From the IMG/VR virus record IMGVR_UViG_3300010885_072628: DNA of 64,000 nucleotides; one strand, 5' to 3'. The DNA is from a virus (Duplodnaviria > Heunggongvirae > Uroviricota > Caudoviricetes). The notes under the pieces were generated by a model. It saw only the letters and a list, made by a program, of their open reading frames with translations. It was not told the origin of the DNA and ran no database searches. The first letter of the stretch is position 1. The number at the start of each line of letters is the position of its first letter. Shown here piece by piece: positions 19,305 to 28,098 of the stretch. The translations under genes and the position numbers were made by a program.

Positions 19305-19658
19305 TTGATGAACTTCAAAAAATGGATATTAGAGCAACCCAACACTTCTCATATAGGAGAAGTTGCTGTTTTTTATGTTCCTTCAGAAAAATTAACAAAA
19401 ACTATTAGAAGTAAAATGCATAATTTTTTTGTACAAAATTATGACGCTTATACTCACGAAACAAGTAAAATACAAGGTTATTGGACAAAAAACAATAAAA
19501 TACTTAAAGATAAGCACGAAAGATATGAGGTTTCTTTTAGTGGAGAAGACAATTTAAAGAAATTTATAAGTTTTTTGTCTAATATTTGTGAAGATGTAAA
19601 AGAAGATTGTATATATTTGTCTGTTGGAAATGATTCATATTTGATCAACCCTAAATGA
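19305..19658 (+). CDS. hypothetical protein
   Basis: 117-aa ORF. Confidence 0.3.
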   Translation: MMNFKKWILEQPNTSHIGEVAVFYVPSEKLTKTIRSKMHNFFVQNYDAYTHETSKIQGYWTKNNKILKDKHERYEVSFSGEDNLKKFISFLSNICEDVKEDCIYLSVGNDSYLINPK

Positions 19659-19683
19659 TTCTCACTTCGAGATAAGTAGAAAT

Positions 19684-20523
19684 TCAATTAAGAACTTTTG
19701 TTTTTTGTAAAGGCACAGGCTTTGCTTTTTTAATTATTTCATCAAAGCTTTCTTCTACTTGTTTTAATGTCCTGTCGTATTGTGTGCCATATCCATTTGC
19801 ACGATTAAACTCTGTTTGTTTTTCTTGTCTCATTTTGTGACGGGCTAAACAAAACTTCTTTGATAGATTTCTATAGTGTAATAGTTTTAATAGATTGTTT
19901 TTAGAAAACAAAGCTGGCCCAGTCGGTTCGCACCAGTGACACCCCGCAGTAAAATTTATTTCTACTTCGCTAGATTTAAAGATACATGGCTTAGATACTG
20001 CTTTGCTTGGAATTCCAAGATTGTTTTGCATGTATATCTGCCCCAGTTTTATATTAGGCAGCTTAGTAGAAACCATTTCATAACCATTAGGAACGAGAAT
20101 TGTTGCGTCTTGTCTTTCTGCATTTGTTATTAATAGCTTTAGATTTGGATGATAAACAAATTCATCCATATCTACAACTATAGACCAGTCATCACCTTGG
20201 CTTTTCCAACAATTGTTTTTCAAGTTTGTGAATATATCATCTCTTATCCCATCAGAATTATACTCTCTTAATATAGCTCCGCTTTTTTCGATTATTTCTC
20301 GAGAATTGTCTGTTGAATTGTTATCGTAAATTACAATTCTATTTGTTATTGTGCTATAATGCTTAATGAAAAATGGTAATAAAATTTCTTCATTATAACA
20401 AAAAGAATAAACAGATATATTCAAAATAGTTTCCTTTCTTAATTCAATTGAGTAGCTAATGATTAATTTACTTGGAAAGATGACAAGAACATTAGATAAA
20501 AAGTCTGATTTGTTAATTGGCAT
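19684..20523 (-). CDS. glycosyltransferase (GT2-like/GT92-like)
   Basis: ISVYSFCYNEEILLPFFIKHY...IVIYDNNSTDNS. The 5' end overlaps the divergent 20459 gene, so the true start is uncertain. Confidence 0.5.
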   Translation of the reverse strand: MPINKSDFLSNVLVIFPSKLIISYSIELRKETILNISVYSFCYNEEILLPFFIKHYSTITNRIVIYDNNSTDNSREIIEKSGAILREYNSDGIRDDIFTNLKNNCWKSQGDDWSIVVDMDEFVYHPNLKLLITNAERQDATILVPNGYEMVSTKLPNIKLGQIYMQNNLGIPSKAVSKPCIFKSSEVEINFTAGCHWCEPTGPALFSKNNLLKLLHYRNLSKKFCLARHKMRQEKQTEFNRANGYGTQYDRTLKQVEESFDEIIKKAKPVPLQKTKVLN

Positions 20524-21331
20524 ACCTTATTTCAATAGGTATGATTTGTTGGAGAAAAACATTTCTTCTTTAAAAAACAAAGGCGACATAATGATCATAA
20601 ACAACTCAATTAACAATCAATCGAATTATGATGCTTTAAGATTTTTGTCGAATATTGCCATCGTTGATCAGACTATGAATATTGGTGTTTCGGCTTCTTG
20701 GAATCTAATATTGAAGTATGCCATAAAGTACAAATACAAGCATGTTCTCATCACCTCTACAGATGTAGAGCATAAAGAGGGAAATATAGAGCTTGCTCTA
20801 GAAGATTTTGAACGCAGTAAAGATTGTTTTTTGGGGCATATCGAAGATTATAATTCTTTTTATATTGATCCAAAAATTGTCGATATAGTTGGATGGTTTG
20901 ATGAAAACTATTACCCAGCATATTGTGAAGACACAGACTACACTTATAGAATCTACTTGGCGGGCCTTTATAAAAAACCTCTTATTGTCGGGGAAAACCC
21001 ACCTATACATTTAAGGTCTCAAACCGTTTTAAGTGATAAGAGCCTTTTTCCTAAATTTCAATATACATACGATTACAATAAAATTTATTTCAAAAAGAAA
21101 TGGGGCGTTTGGGACTTTAATATGATTGAGTCTTGCGGTAATTCATTGCACCTTTTGTTCAAGGAAAAAATAAAAGATTTTGGTGCTTATATTCATCCTT
21201 TTAATGATTTAGGAAAAGATCATAAATACTGGAGCGAACCCGAAGATTTGCATTTAAGGGATTGGGACAAAATCGAGGTAATCAAAAATATCGAATCAAT
21301 ATCGTATAAAGTTTTTTCTAAGCATATATAG
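20459..21331 (+). CDS. beta-1,4-galactosyltransferase-like glycosyltransferase. Paralog of 2614..3384.
   Basis: WFDENYYPAYCEDTDYTYRIY motif. Confidence 0.45.
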   Translation: MINLLGKMTRTLDKKSDLLIGIPYFNRYDLLEKNISSLKNKGDIMIINNSINNQSNYDALRFLSNIAIVDQTMNIGVSASWNLILKYAIKYKYKHVLITSTDVEHKEGNIELALEDFERSKDCFLGHIEDYNSFYIDPKIVDIVGWFDENYYPAYCEDTDYTYRIYLAGLYKKPLIVGENPPIHLRSQTVLSDKSLFPKFQYTYDYNKIYFKKKWGVWDFNMIESCGNSLHLLFKEKIKDFGAYIHPFNDLGKDHKYWSEPEDLHLRDWDKIEVIKNIESISYKVFSKHI

Positions 21332-21345
21332 TTGAAAGGAAAAAA

Positions 21346-21597
21346 ATGAAAACATTTATAGAATTCTGCAAAGACAGTAAAAAAGAGTTGCCAATACTAG
21401 AAAAGACAACTCGCTCGGGAATCATGAATTGGGCATATCCAGATGGATATATACGAAGCCATTATTCCGCTGGTTATTTTATGCCAATCGCTGCCGACGC
21501 TCTACAGAAGATGGGTGTGAAAGCTGACGAAGATGAGGTAGATCACGGCCAAATGACATACAAACATCATGAAAGAATCATCAAACAAGAAAAATAA
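21346..21597 (+). CDS. hypothetical protein
   Basis: 83-aa ORF with AAGGAAAAAAATG RBS context. Confidence 0.3.
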   Translation: MKTFIEFCKDSKKELPILEKTTRSGIMNWAYPDGYIRSHYSAGYFMPIAADALQKMGVKADEDEVDHGQMTYKHHERIIKQEK

Positions 21598-22312
21598 AAT
21601 AGCTTTAGTTTGCATAGCTAAAAACGAAGATAATTATATTAAAGAATGGATTGATTATCATAAAAAAATAGGGTTTGATGATATTTATGTTTATCAAAAT
21701 GACTGGCGATGCAGAATTGATGATTCTAATTTATTTAAAATAGAATTTGATGGTAAAGGTAAGCAAATTGAAAGTTATAATCATTTTTTAAAAAATCACG
21801 GTAAAAAATACGACTGGGCGGGATTTTTCGACATTGATGAGTTTTTAGTTTTAAAAAAACACAACGACGTTAAAGAATTTGTATCTGATTATGCAAAATA
21901 TAACGGAGTTGGAATTAATTGGGTTTTATTTGGAGATAATAACCAAAACCCCCCAGAAAAAGATTTTAGTCTTTTAAAGAGATTCACCATGAGGCAAACA
22001 AAGCCTAATCTATGGGTAAAATCTATAATCAAAATAACAAAAAACGTTTCTATGCTTGTGCATCATCCGAATTTGCCTATAGTCAACACAAATGGGAATG
22101 AATGTATTGGCAACTATAATGAAGAGCTATTGGACGATATAGCACAAATAAATCATTATTTTTGTAAAACCAAAGAAGAGTTTTTAGAGAAATGCTCAAG
22201 AGGAAGAGCAGATTCAATCACTCTTAAAAGAAAAACAAATGAATTTCCAAAACACAACTTCAACGAAATCGAAGATTTCACAGCTTTAAATTTTTTTCAC
22301 CACTCTATATAA
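21569..22312 (+). CDS. glycosyltransferase family 92-like
   Basis: KIALVCIAKNEDNYIKEWIDYHKKIGFDDIYVYQND matches the GT92 A.KNE..Y..EW.EYH...G...hYhYDN signature. Confidence 0.5.
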   Translation: MKESSNKKNKIALVCIAKNEDNYIKEWIDYHKKIGFDDIYVYQNDWRCRIDDSNLFKIEFDGKGKQIESYNHFLKNHGKKYDWAGFFDIDEFLVLKKHNDVKEFVSDYAKYNGVGINWVLFGDNNQNPPEKDFSLLKRFTMRQTKPNLWVKSIIKITKNVSMLVHHPNLPIVNTNGNECIGNYNEELLDDIAQINHYFCKTKEEFLEKCSRGRADSITLKRKTNEFPKHNFNEIEDFTALNFFHHSI

Positions 22313-22334
22313 CCTGTCACACAAGGATAATTTT

Positions 22335-22724
22335 ATGATTTCATTGCAAGAATACAAGGGCTCAAAAAGCGTTAAAAACTTAGTTCAAAAAATGTTTGAA
22401 GCTAGACAGGTAGCTCACAATGTTCATTTTCAAACAAAGAGTTACAGCCTCCATAAAGCTTTAAATTCTTTTTATGATGATATTTTAGATCTAGCTGATA
22501 CATTTGTAGAAACACATCAAGGACAATATGGCATTTTGTCTGGTCACGAGAAAATAGATGTGTCAGCTATTACAGACAGTGAAATAGAATCTTATCTGAA
22601 AGATTGTGCAGAGATATTTTCTTTAGGTAGAGATTCGTTAAAAGACTCTCATCTAAAAAACATAATGGATGAGGTAGTGGCTCTAACCTATAGAACTTTG
22701 TACAAAGTTAGATTTTTGAAGTGA
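22335..22724 (+). CDS. hypothetical protein
   Basis: 129-aa ORF. Confidence 0.35.
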   Translation: MISLQEYKGSKSVKNLVQKMFEARQVAHNVHFQTKSYSLHKALNSFYDDILDLADTFVETHQGQYGILSGHEKIDVSAITDSEIESYLKDCAEIFSLGRDSLKDSHLKNIMDEVVALTYRTLYKVRFLK

Positions 22725-22727
22725 AAA

Positions 22728-22910
22728 CTATTTCTTGCTTTTTACATAATCAAAAATAGTTTTTATAGTGTTGTTCAAATTTTCTATAGCACTTATTTTT
22801 TCTTTGTTATCTTCTTCGAACCAATAAAATCCTTCTTTAGTGGCTTTAATCTTTATGTTGAATTTTTTCGCCCAAGACCGAATATGACCGATTTTATATG
22901 TTTGCATCAA
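22728..22910 (-). CDS. hypothetical small protein
   Basis: 60-aa ORF. Confidence 0.25.
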   Translation of the reverse strand: MMQTYKIGHIRSWAKKFNIKIKATKEGFYWFEEDNKEKISAIENLNNTIKTIFDYVKSKK

Positions 22911-22962
22911 ATCACCTTTTGGCTAATTTTTCTTTACCATCTAAGTATATCAGATTTTGTTT

Positions 22963-23145
22963 TTAACGCAATGGCGAGTTGAACTTCATCGTTTTTACTT
23001 TAGATTTTCGAGGTTTACATCCCAAATTACTTAAAGATCCCCATATTTGAAAATCAGGGTTATTTCTGTCTTTGCAAGAAACGATAGCTCCTGTTCCTGC
23101 CATTTCATTGAACCATTTTTTAAAGCTTATTTTTTGCGAAGACAT
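22963..23145 (-). CDS. hypothetical small protein
   Basis: 60-aa ORF. Confidence 0.25.
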   Translation of the reverse strand: MSSQKISFKKWFNEMAGTGAIVSCKDRNNPDFQIWGSLSNLGCKPRKSKVKTMKFNSPLR

Positions 23146-23206
23146 AAATTTTGAACCTTCTTAATTAATACCATATATATCTATGAGTTATTAACAAGGA
23201 GTTGAA

Positions 23207-23410
23207 ATGGATATTTTTACAAATATTTGGTTGTGGGCTATAGTATTCGTCCTATCAGGCGGGTATATTCTATATATGAGGAAAAAATCACAAGAAACAG
23301 TACAAGCACAATTTCTTGTTACTGGTTTGTTGTTGATTATTTTTTATGTTGTCTGTTTTTTTTCTGGAGTTTGCACTATATTGAGTTTTATCAAAAACTG
23401 GTTTTTCTAA
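23207..23410 (+). CDS. small membrane protein (2 TM)
   Basis: AAGGAG RBS. Hydrophobic helices. Confidence 0.35.
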   Translation: MDIFTNIWLWAIVFVLSGGYILYMRKKSQETVQAQFLVTGLLLIIFYVVCFFSGVCTILSFIKNWFF

Positions 23411-23413
23411 AAA

Positions 23414-24499
23414 ATGTATGATTATCTAATAGTAGGTGCCGGAATATACGGAAGTGTCTTTGCAGAAAGAATGAAAAGCAAAGGCAAATCTGTGCTAATA
23501 ATAGACAAAAGACCGCATGTAGCAGGTAACTGCTACACAGAGGAAGTCGATGGAATTCAAGTACATCGATACGGTTGTCATATATTTAATACCGGCAAAA
23601 AAAATGTTTGGGAATATGTCAACAAGTTCGCTTCGTTCAATAATTACCGACATACAGGAAAAGTGAATTTCGAAGGAAAGGTTTATAGCTTCCCTATAAA
23701 CTTATTGACTCTTCATCAAATCTGGGGCGTAAGTACACCAGAAGAGGCAGAAAACAAATTAAAAGAAGTTAGGATTGATATCAAAAATCCTAAAAACATG
23801 GAAGATTGGTGCTTGTCTCAGATAGGCGAGCAATTATACGAAACCTTCATAAAAGGTTATTCAACAAAACAATGGGGAACTACGCCTGATAATCTGCCAG
23901 CATCTATTGTTCAGCGAATTCCTATTCGACTAACGTATAATGATGATTATTACGAAAACGCCACTTATCAAGGAATTCCATTAGGTGGTTATACCAAAAT
24001 GATTTCCAACATTTTAGATGGAATAAAAGTAGATCTTAGTGTTGATTTTTTTGATATAAAAGAAAAATGGAAACAGTATGCGAAAAAATTGGTTTATTGC
24101 GGTCCAATAGATCGATTTTTTGATTATGAGTTTGGCGAACTAGAATACAGAAGTCTTAAATGGGAAAATAAAGTTTTAACAGGAGATTATCAAGGATGTA
24201 GTGTTGTAAATTATACCGATATGGACAATAAGTTCACAAGAGTTATAGAACACAAGCACTTTGAATTTAAAAATCAAGAAAAAACAGTAGTGAGCTGGGA
24301 GTACTCTGTGCCATGGAAAGAGACTCAAGATCCATATTATCCAATAACTAATGAAAAAAATAAAGAAAGATGCCTAAAGTACAAAAAAATAGCAGAACAA
24401 CAAAAGGATGTTCTTATTTCTGGACGTTTAGGCAAATTTCTTTACCTCGATATGGACGACACAATTGCTTTAGCTCTTAAAGAGTCAAATGAGTTTTAG
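23414..24499 (+). CDS. glf: UDP-galactopyranose mutase
   Basis: Near full-length collinearity with Glf: MYDYLIVGAGIYGSVFAE...VLIIDKRPHVAGNCYTE...IPLGGYTKMI...YRSLKWE...RVIEHKHFEF. Confidence 0.85.
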   Translation: MYDYLIVGAGIYGSVFAERMKSKGKSVLIIDKRPHVAGNCYTEEVDGIQVHRYGCHIFNTGKKNVWEYVNKFASFNNYRHTGKVNFEGKVYSFPINLLTLHQIWGVSTPEEAENKLKEVRIDIKNPKNMEDWCLSQIGEQLYETFIKGYSTKQWGTTPDNLPASIVQRIPIRLTYNDDYYENATYQGIPLGGYTKMISNILDGIKVDLSVDFFDIKEKWKQYAKKLVYCGPIDRFFDYEFGELEYRSLKWENKVLTGDYQGCSVVNYTDMDNKFTRVIEHKHFEFKNQEKTVVSWEYSVPWKETQDPYYPITNEKNKERCLKYKKIAEQQKDVLISGRLGKFLYLDMDDTIALALKESNEF

Positions 24500-24909
24500 A
24501 ATGGAAGTTCATTTGACAAAAGCTCTTTGTAAAAACTATCCGCTGTCTCGATATCAGCGACATCAGTATCTACAATCTGTGCAGAGTCAGAAGTAGACTT
24601 TGTTCCTCGCAAATCTAAAGTGTGTACGGCAACAAACACGCTAGATCGAGAGCCGCCAGTTTCCTTATCTTTCCAATTACTCTGCATAAGCCTGCCAGTA
24701 ATTGCTACTTTCTTGCCTTTTAGTAGATATTCTACTGCTCCATTTGGATTCCACCACTCACAATCTATAAAGGTTGTATCCTTATCTCCATTTTGTGAAG
24801 CTATTCGAAATTTAGCCAAATTTTTTTCTTTGATATTTTTGACTTCAACATCTTTGACTAGATTTCCTTCAACAACAATTACATTTGTGTCTTTATGCTT
24901 TGAACTCAT
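24496..24909 (-). CDS. ssb: single-stranded DNA-binding protein
   Basis: OB-fold SSB pattern (NVIVVEGNLVKDVEV...FRIAS...W), Gly/Ser-rich linker, acidic C-terminal tail ending ELPF. Confidence 0.7.
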   Translation of the reverse strand: MSSKHKDTNVIVVEGNLVKDVEVKNIKEKNLAKFRIASQNGDKDTTFIDCEWWNPNGAVEYLLKGKKVAITGRLMQSNWKDKETGGSRSSVFVAVHTLDLRGTKSTSDSAQIVDTDVADIETADSFYKELLSNELPF

Positions 24910-24987
24910 ATAATTAAACTCCTATAGTTTTTTGGAACCTTGTTTAATTATATGAGTTTTCAATTTCTAATCAAGTCTTGTTTCAAT

Positions 24988-25572
24988 TTTGTGAAGGATA
25001 AAAACTCTGGCCGCAAGTTGTCAACAAGACAAAATGCGGCCAGAACCCCTAACAAAGTTTTCTGATATTTTGTGAACAGGAAAAATTTTACACATAATTT
25101 AGATTTGTGAGTAAAAATAACTTTTCTCTGGATAACTCCTTGTTGGAGTCGAGAAAAAGCTTGCTCTTTAAGACTTTCGACTGCTTTATATATGCTCAAA
25201 TTTTAAATTTGTGAAGCCGTTTTTAAAATTTGCACTGTAGAATTTGTGCAGCATGTGATTTTTTACAATCGGGCTTTTTTGTGCTATAATCAGTATGGGC
25301 CGCTATTCAAGCGGGGCAAAAGCCAAAAAGCGGAAGTGTGCAATTATTTGTGGAAGGTAAAAAATGAAGTTTTTTAGAAAAAATGAGCTTTGCGATATAT
25401 TGGAAAAAGACATAGATTTGTGTTATGAATTTCTTAGAATAGACGATGATATGGAGCAAGAAGAAAGAGAAGCACAGATTAAAAAACAAAAGCCTATTAA
25501 GAAGGCAAAAACACCTAGCAAAAGCAATGTGTTAGAAAGTGATCTCGAAAAATTCATCAAATATTATTTGTG
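24988..25572 (+). repeat. array of at least 8 direct TTTGTG(A/C)A(G) repeats with about 35-bp phasing. Iteron-like; candidate origin or regulatory region.
   Basis: Copies at 24988, 25069, 25104, 25208, 25243, 25278, 25347, 25567. Spacings 35/35/35/69/104 bp. Includes an extended -10-like TGCTATAAT at 25281-25290. Confidence 0.5.
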
Positions 25573-25573
25573 A
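25364..25573 (+). CDS. hypothetical protein (first gene of the long rightward operon)
   Basis: 69-aa ORF. Confidence 0.3.
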   Translation: MKFFRKNELCDILEKDIDLCYEFLRIDDDMEQEEREAQIKKQKPIKKAKTPSKSNVLESDLEKFIKYYL

Positions 25574-26312
25574 AGGGAGATATATAATTCGTAAAGAAAA
25601 TGGTGCTTCTGCTGTGCCATTGAAAGGAATAATGAATTTTAAAGAGTTTTACGAATTTGAATCAGAATGTGAGTTGTTTCGTGAGTGTGACGCTATAGAT
25701 GAAAATTGGCTAACATCTCCTTTAAAATTTGCAGCAGGAACGGTAGGTAATTTAGCGACTCAAGCTGTGAAAGGTGTGGGAAATGTCGCTGGTGGATTAG
25801 GTCGAATGGGATTGGGTGCTGCACAAACTGGATTGGGAGCGTTGCAAGTAGCAGGCGGAGGTGCTAAAACAGGATCTGAAAATATTCGTGGCGGAATAAG
25901 TCGAGTTGCCGGTGGTGTAGGGCAAGGATTAAAAGGTGCAACGCAATTTGTTGCTTCTCCTGCAACGGCATTGCTTCGTGGAGCACAAGCATCAGCAGAA
26001 GATTTTACTACTCCTATGTCACAAAATCGCAACTGGATGCAAAAAACTCTAGGATTGAACAGATGGAGTCCAGATCCAGAATCTCCTGTGCAATCTCCTG
26101 TGCAACCTGCTTCTAAACCTTCTGTGCAAAGTGCTTCTGGTAAACAATGGCAAGATCTTGTGAAGGCTTATAATAATACACAAAATCCCGATGAAAGAGC
26201 TGGTATACAGCGTGAGTTGAAGAAAATGGATCCTGCTAGATATGCCCAAGCTAAAGAAAAAGCAAATCAAATGAAGCTGGCACAGAGACAAGGCCAACTA
26301 CAAAGTGTGTAA
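25539..26312 (+). CDS. Gly-rich protein with a Q/P-rich C-terminus
   Basis: GNLATQAVKGVGNVAGGLGRMGLGAAQTGLGALQVAGGGAKTG. Confidence 0.4.
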   Translation: MISKNSSNIICEGRYIIRKENGASAVPLKGIMNFKEFYEFESECELFRECDAIDENWLTSPLKFAAGTVGNLATQAVKGVGNVAGGLGRMGLGAAQTGLGALQVAGGGAKTGSENIRGGISRVAGGVGQGLKGATQFVASPATALLRGAQASAEDFTTPMSQNRNWMQKTLGLNRWSPDPESPVQSPVQPASKPSVQSASGKQWQDLVKAYNNTQNPDERAGIQRELKKMDPARYAQAKEKANQMKLAQRQGQLQSV

Positions 26313-26453
26313 ATTCAAAATTTGAATTTAAAAATCTTGTGTGTGGAGGCTCGACAGTGCTTGACAAGCCTGCGAAGGGGGCTAAAATAAGATTGGTGGC
26401 ACTGCCGCCCCTCTATACATGGACGGGGACTTTTTCGATTTTAAGGGCAAACA

Positions 26454-26930
26454 ATGGACTATTTTTTAGACACTGAGTTTAATAGCTTTGGTGGTGAACT
26501 TATATCTTTAGCGTTGGTAAGAGAAGATGATAAAAGCATCTATCTAATTTATCCCGAACTTGAGTCTTATGACCCTTGGGTAGCGGACAATATAATTCCT
26601 ATCTTGCGTAATGTTCCATCAACAATTACTTATCTGGAAACAAAGCAACAAGCTGCATATTTGCTGCAAGAATTTCTTCTAGGCGATGACCGCCCAAAAA
26701 TCATCACAGATTGGCCAGACGACATACGATATTTCTGTGCTGAGTTGATAACGAAACCTGGACAAATGATTAATGTTCCAAATATTAATTTCTCTATGCT
26801 AAGAGTTAATGCTTATCCGACATTAGTTCAAGGAGCGATCCAGCACAATGCTTGGTGGGACGCAGTGGCACTTAAAGAGCTTGTGAACCAGCACCGTCAA
26901 GCTGAAGGTGGGCTGCGAAATCGGGGCTAA
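26454..26930 (+). CDS. DEDD-type 3'-5' exonuclease-like protein
   Basis: N-terminal FLDTEF (Exo I-like) and C-terminal H.AWWDAVALKEL (Exo III-like H....DA). Confidence 0.4.
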   Translation: MDYFLDTEFNSFGGELISLALVREDDKSIYLIYPELESYDPWVADNIIPILRNVPSTITYLETKQQAAYLLQEFLLGDDRPKIITDWPDDIRYFCAELITKPGQMINVPNINFSMLRVNAYPTLVQGAIQHNAWWDAVALKELVNQHRQAEGGLRNRG

Positions 26931-26969
26931 TTTAAAATTTGCCCGCTAAAAAAATTGTACCCTAATAAT
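26929..26969 (+). promoter_or_regulatory. copy 3 of the AAAAAAATTGTACCCTAATAAT motif, with an upstream AATTTAAAATTT
   Basis: Core 26948-26969. Part of a 113-bp segment duplicated at 51596-51701. Confidence 0.5.
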
Positions 26970-26983
26970 TGGAATCCGCACCT

Positions 26984-28096
26984 ATGAGAAATAAAATGAA
27001 CCCACAATGCGAATTAGTTTTTTTTGGCCCCGGCCATGTTCAAAATTTGCCCAAGCCTAGTCGAGAGGAACGCCTCAGAGCAGTAGACAAATCCAACCCC
27101 GACAGTCCCTTCAGCAAGTTTATTGGTAATGACCAAGCAATAAAGAAGATGCAAGCCGCAGTGTACAGTGCTTTGGGCAAGCCAAATCACCTTCAGAAAG
27201 AACTTTCTTTTGCAATTTTTGGCCCTGCTTCTTCTGGTAAGACCACTCTCGCCAGAATCTATGCTGAATCTGTGCAGCTTCCTTTTGTAGAGATTAGTCC
27301 TAAGAGTGTAAGGAAAGTAGAAGATGTTTTTAGTCTTATACGGTCAGAGCTAAATAACTTCAAAATCCCAATTTCTCTCGTTGAATTCAATGACACATAC
27401 ATTCTGCCTCCTGTTGTCGTTTTTATTGACGAAGTTCATGCTTTGTCGAAATCGCTTGTGGACGGCTTGCTAAAAGCAACTGAATATAAAGACGGCGTGA
27501 TGGTTACTGAGAGCGGCACAACTGTTTATTGTGAGAATGTTACATGGATGATAGCCACCACAGATGAGGGCAAACTTTTCGACGCCTTCAGAACTAGATT
27601 TAGTCCTATCATGCTTAAGTATCTTAACAAGTCAGATATCGCCAAGATTGTAAAGCTAGACAACCCAGATTTGTCTGATGATGTGTGTTCGCTTATCAGC
27701 TTCTATAACAGCAGAATTCCCCGCAAAGCGTTGGAGTTCGCAAGATATATGCGAATTGTTAAAGACATGAATCCTGCTAGTAGTTGGGAAGAGGTTACTA
27801 AGCAAGTCGCTCACGACGAGGGAATCGATGAGTTTGGTATGCATGAGCTTCATCTTAAGGTGCTGAAGTCTCTTGTGAATGGTCCTGTTGCTCGTAATAG
27901 AATGAGTTCAATTGTTGGTCGAAAAGAGGAAGAGGTAGAAAGAAACATTCTTCCGTGGCTGCTGACAGAAACAGAAGATCAACTAGCTATGGTTGGTGTG
28001 TCCAGCAAAGGGTACATTATCACTGACGCAGGTATTAAGGAATTGGTGCGTCGTAATTTCCCTTTTGATTTTAAAAACAAGAATAGAGCAGCTTAA
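26984..28096 (+). CDS. RuvB-like AAA+ ATPase (Holliday-junction branch-migration helicase homolog)
   Basis: FGPASSGKTTLARIYAE (Walker A), VVFIDEVHAL (Walker B), MIATTDEG...FRTRF (sensor region), C-terminal winged-helix collinear with RuvB. ATG at 26984 (the track's TTG start lies inside the promoter motif). Confidence 0.7.
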   Translation: MRNKMNPQCELVFFGPGHVQNLPKPSREERLRAVDKSNPDSPFSKFIGNDQAIKKMQAAVYSALGKPNHLQKELSFAIFGPASSGKTTLARIYAESVQLPFVEISPKSVRKVEDVFSLIRSELNNFKIPISLVEFNDTYILPPVVVFIDEVHALSKSLVDGLLKATEYKDGVMVTESGTTVYCENVTWMIATTDEGKLFDAFRTRFSPIMLKYLNKSDIAKIVKLDNPDLSDDVCSLISFYNSRIPRKALEFARYMRIVKDMNPASSWEEVTKQVAHDEGIDEFGMHELHLKVLKSLVNGPVARNRMSSIVGRKEEEVERNILPWLLTETEDQLAMVGVSSKGYIITDAGIKELVRRNFPFDFKNKNRAA

Positions 28097-28098
28097 AA

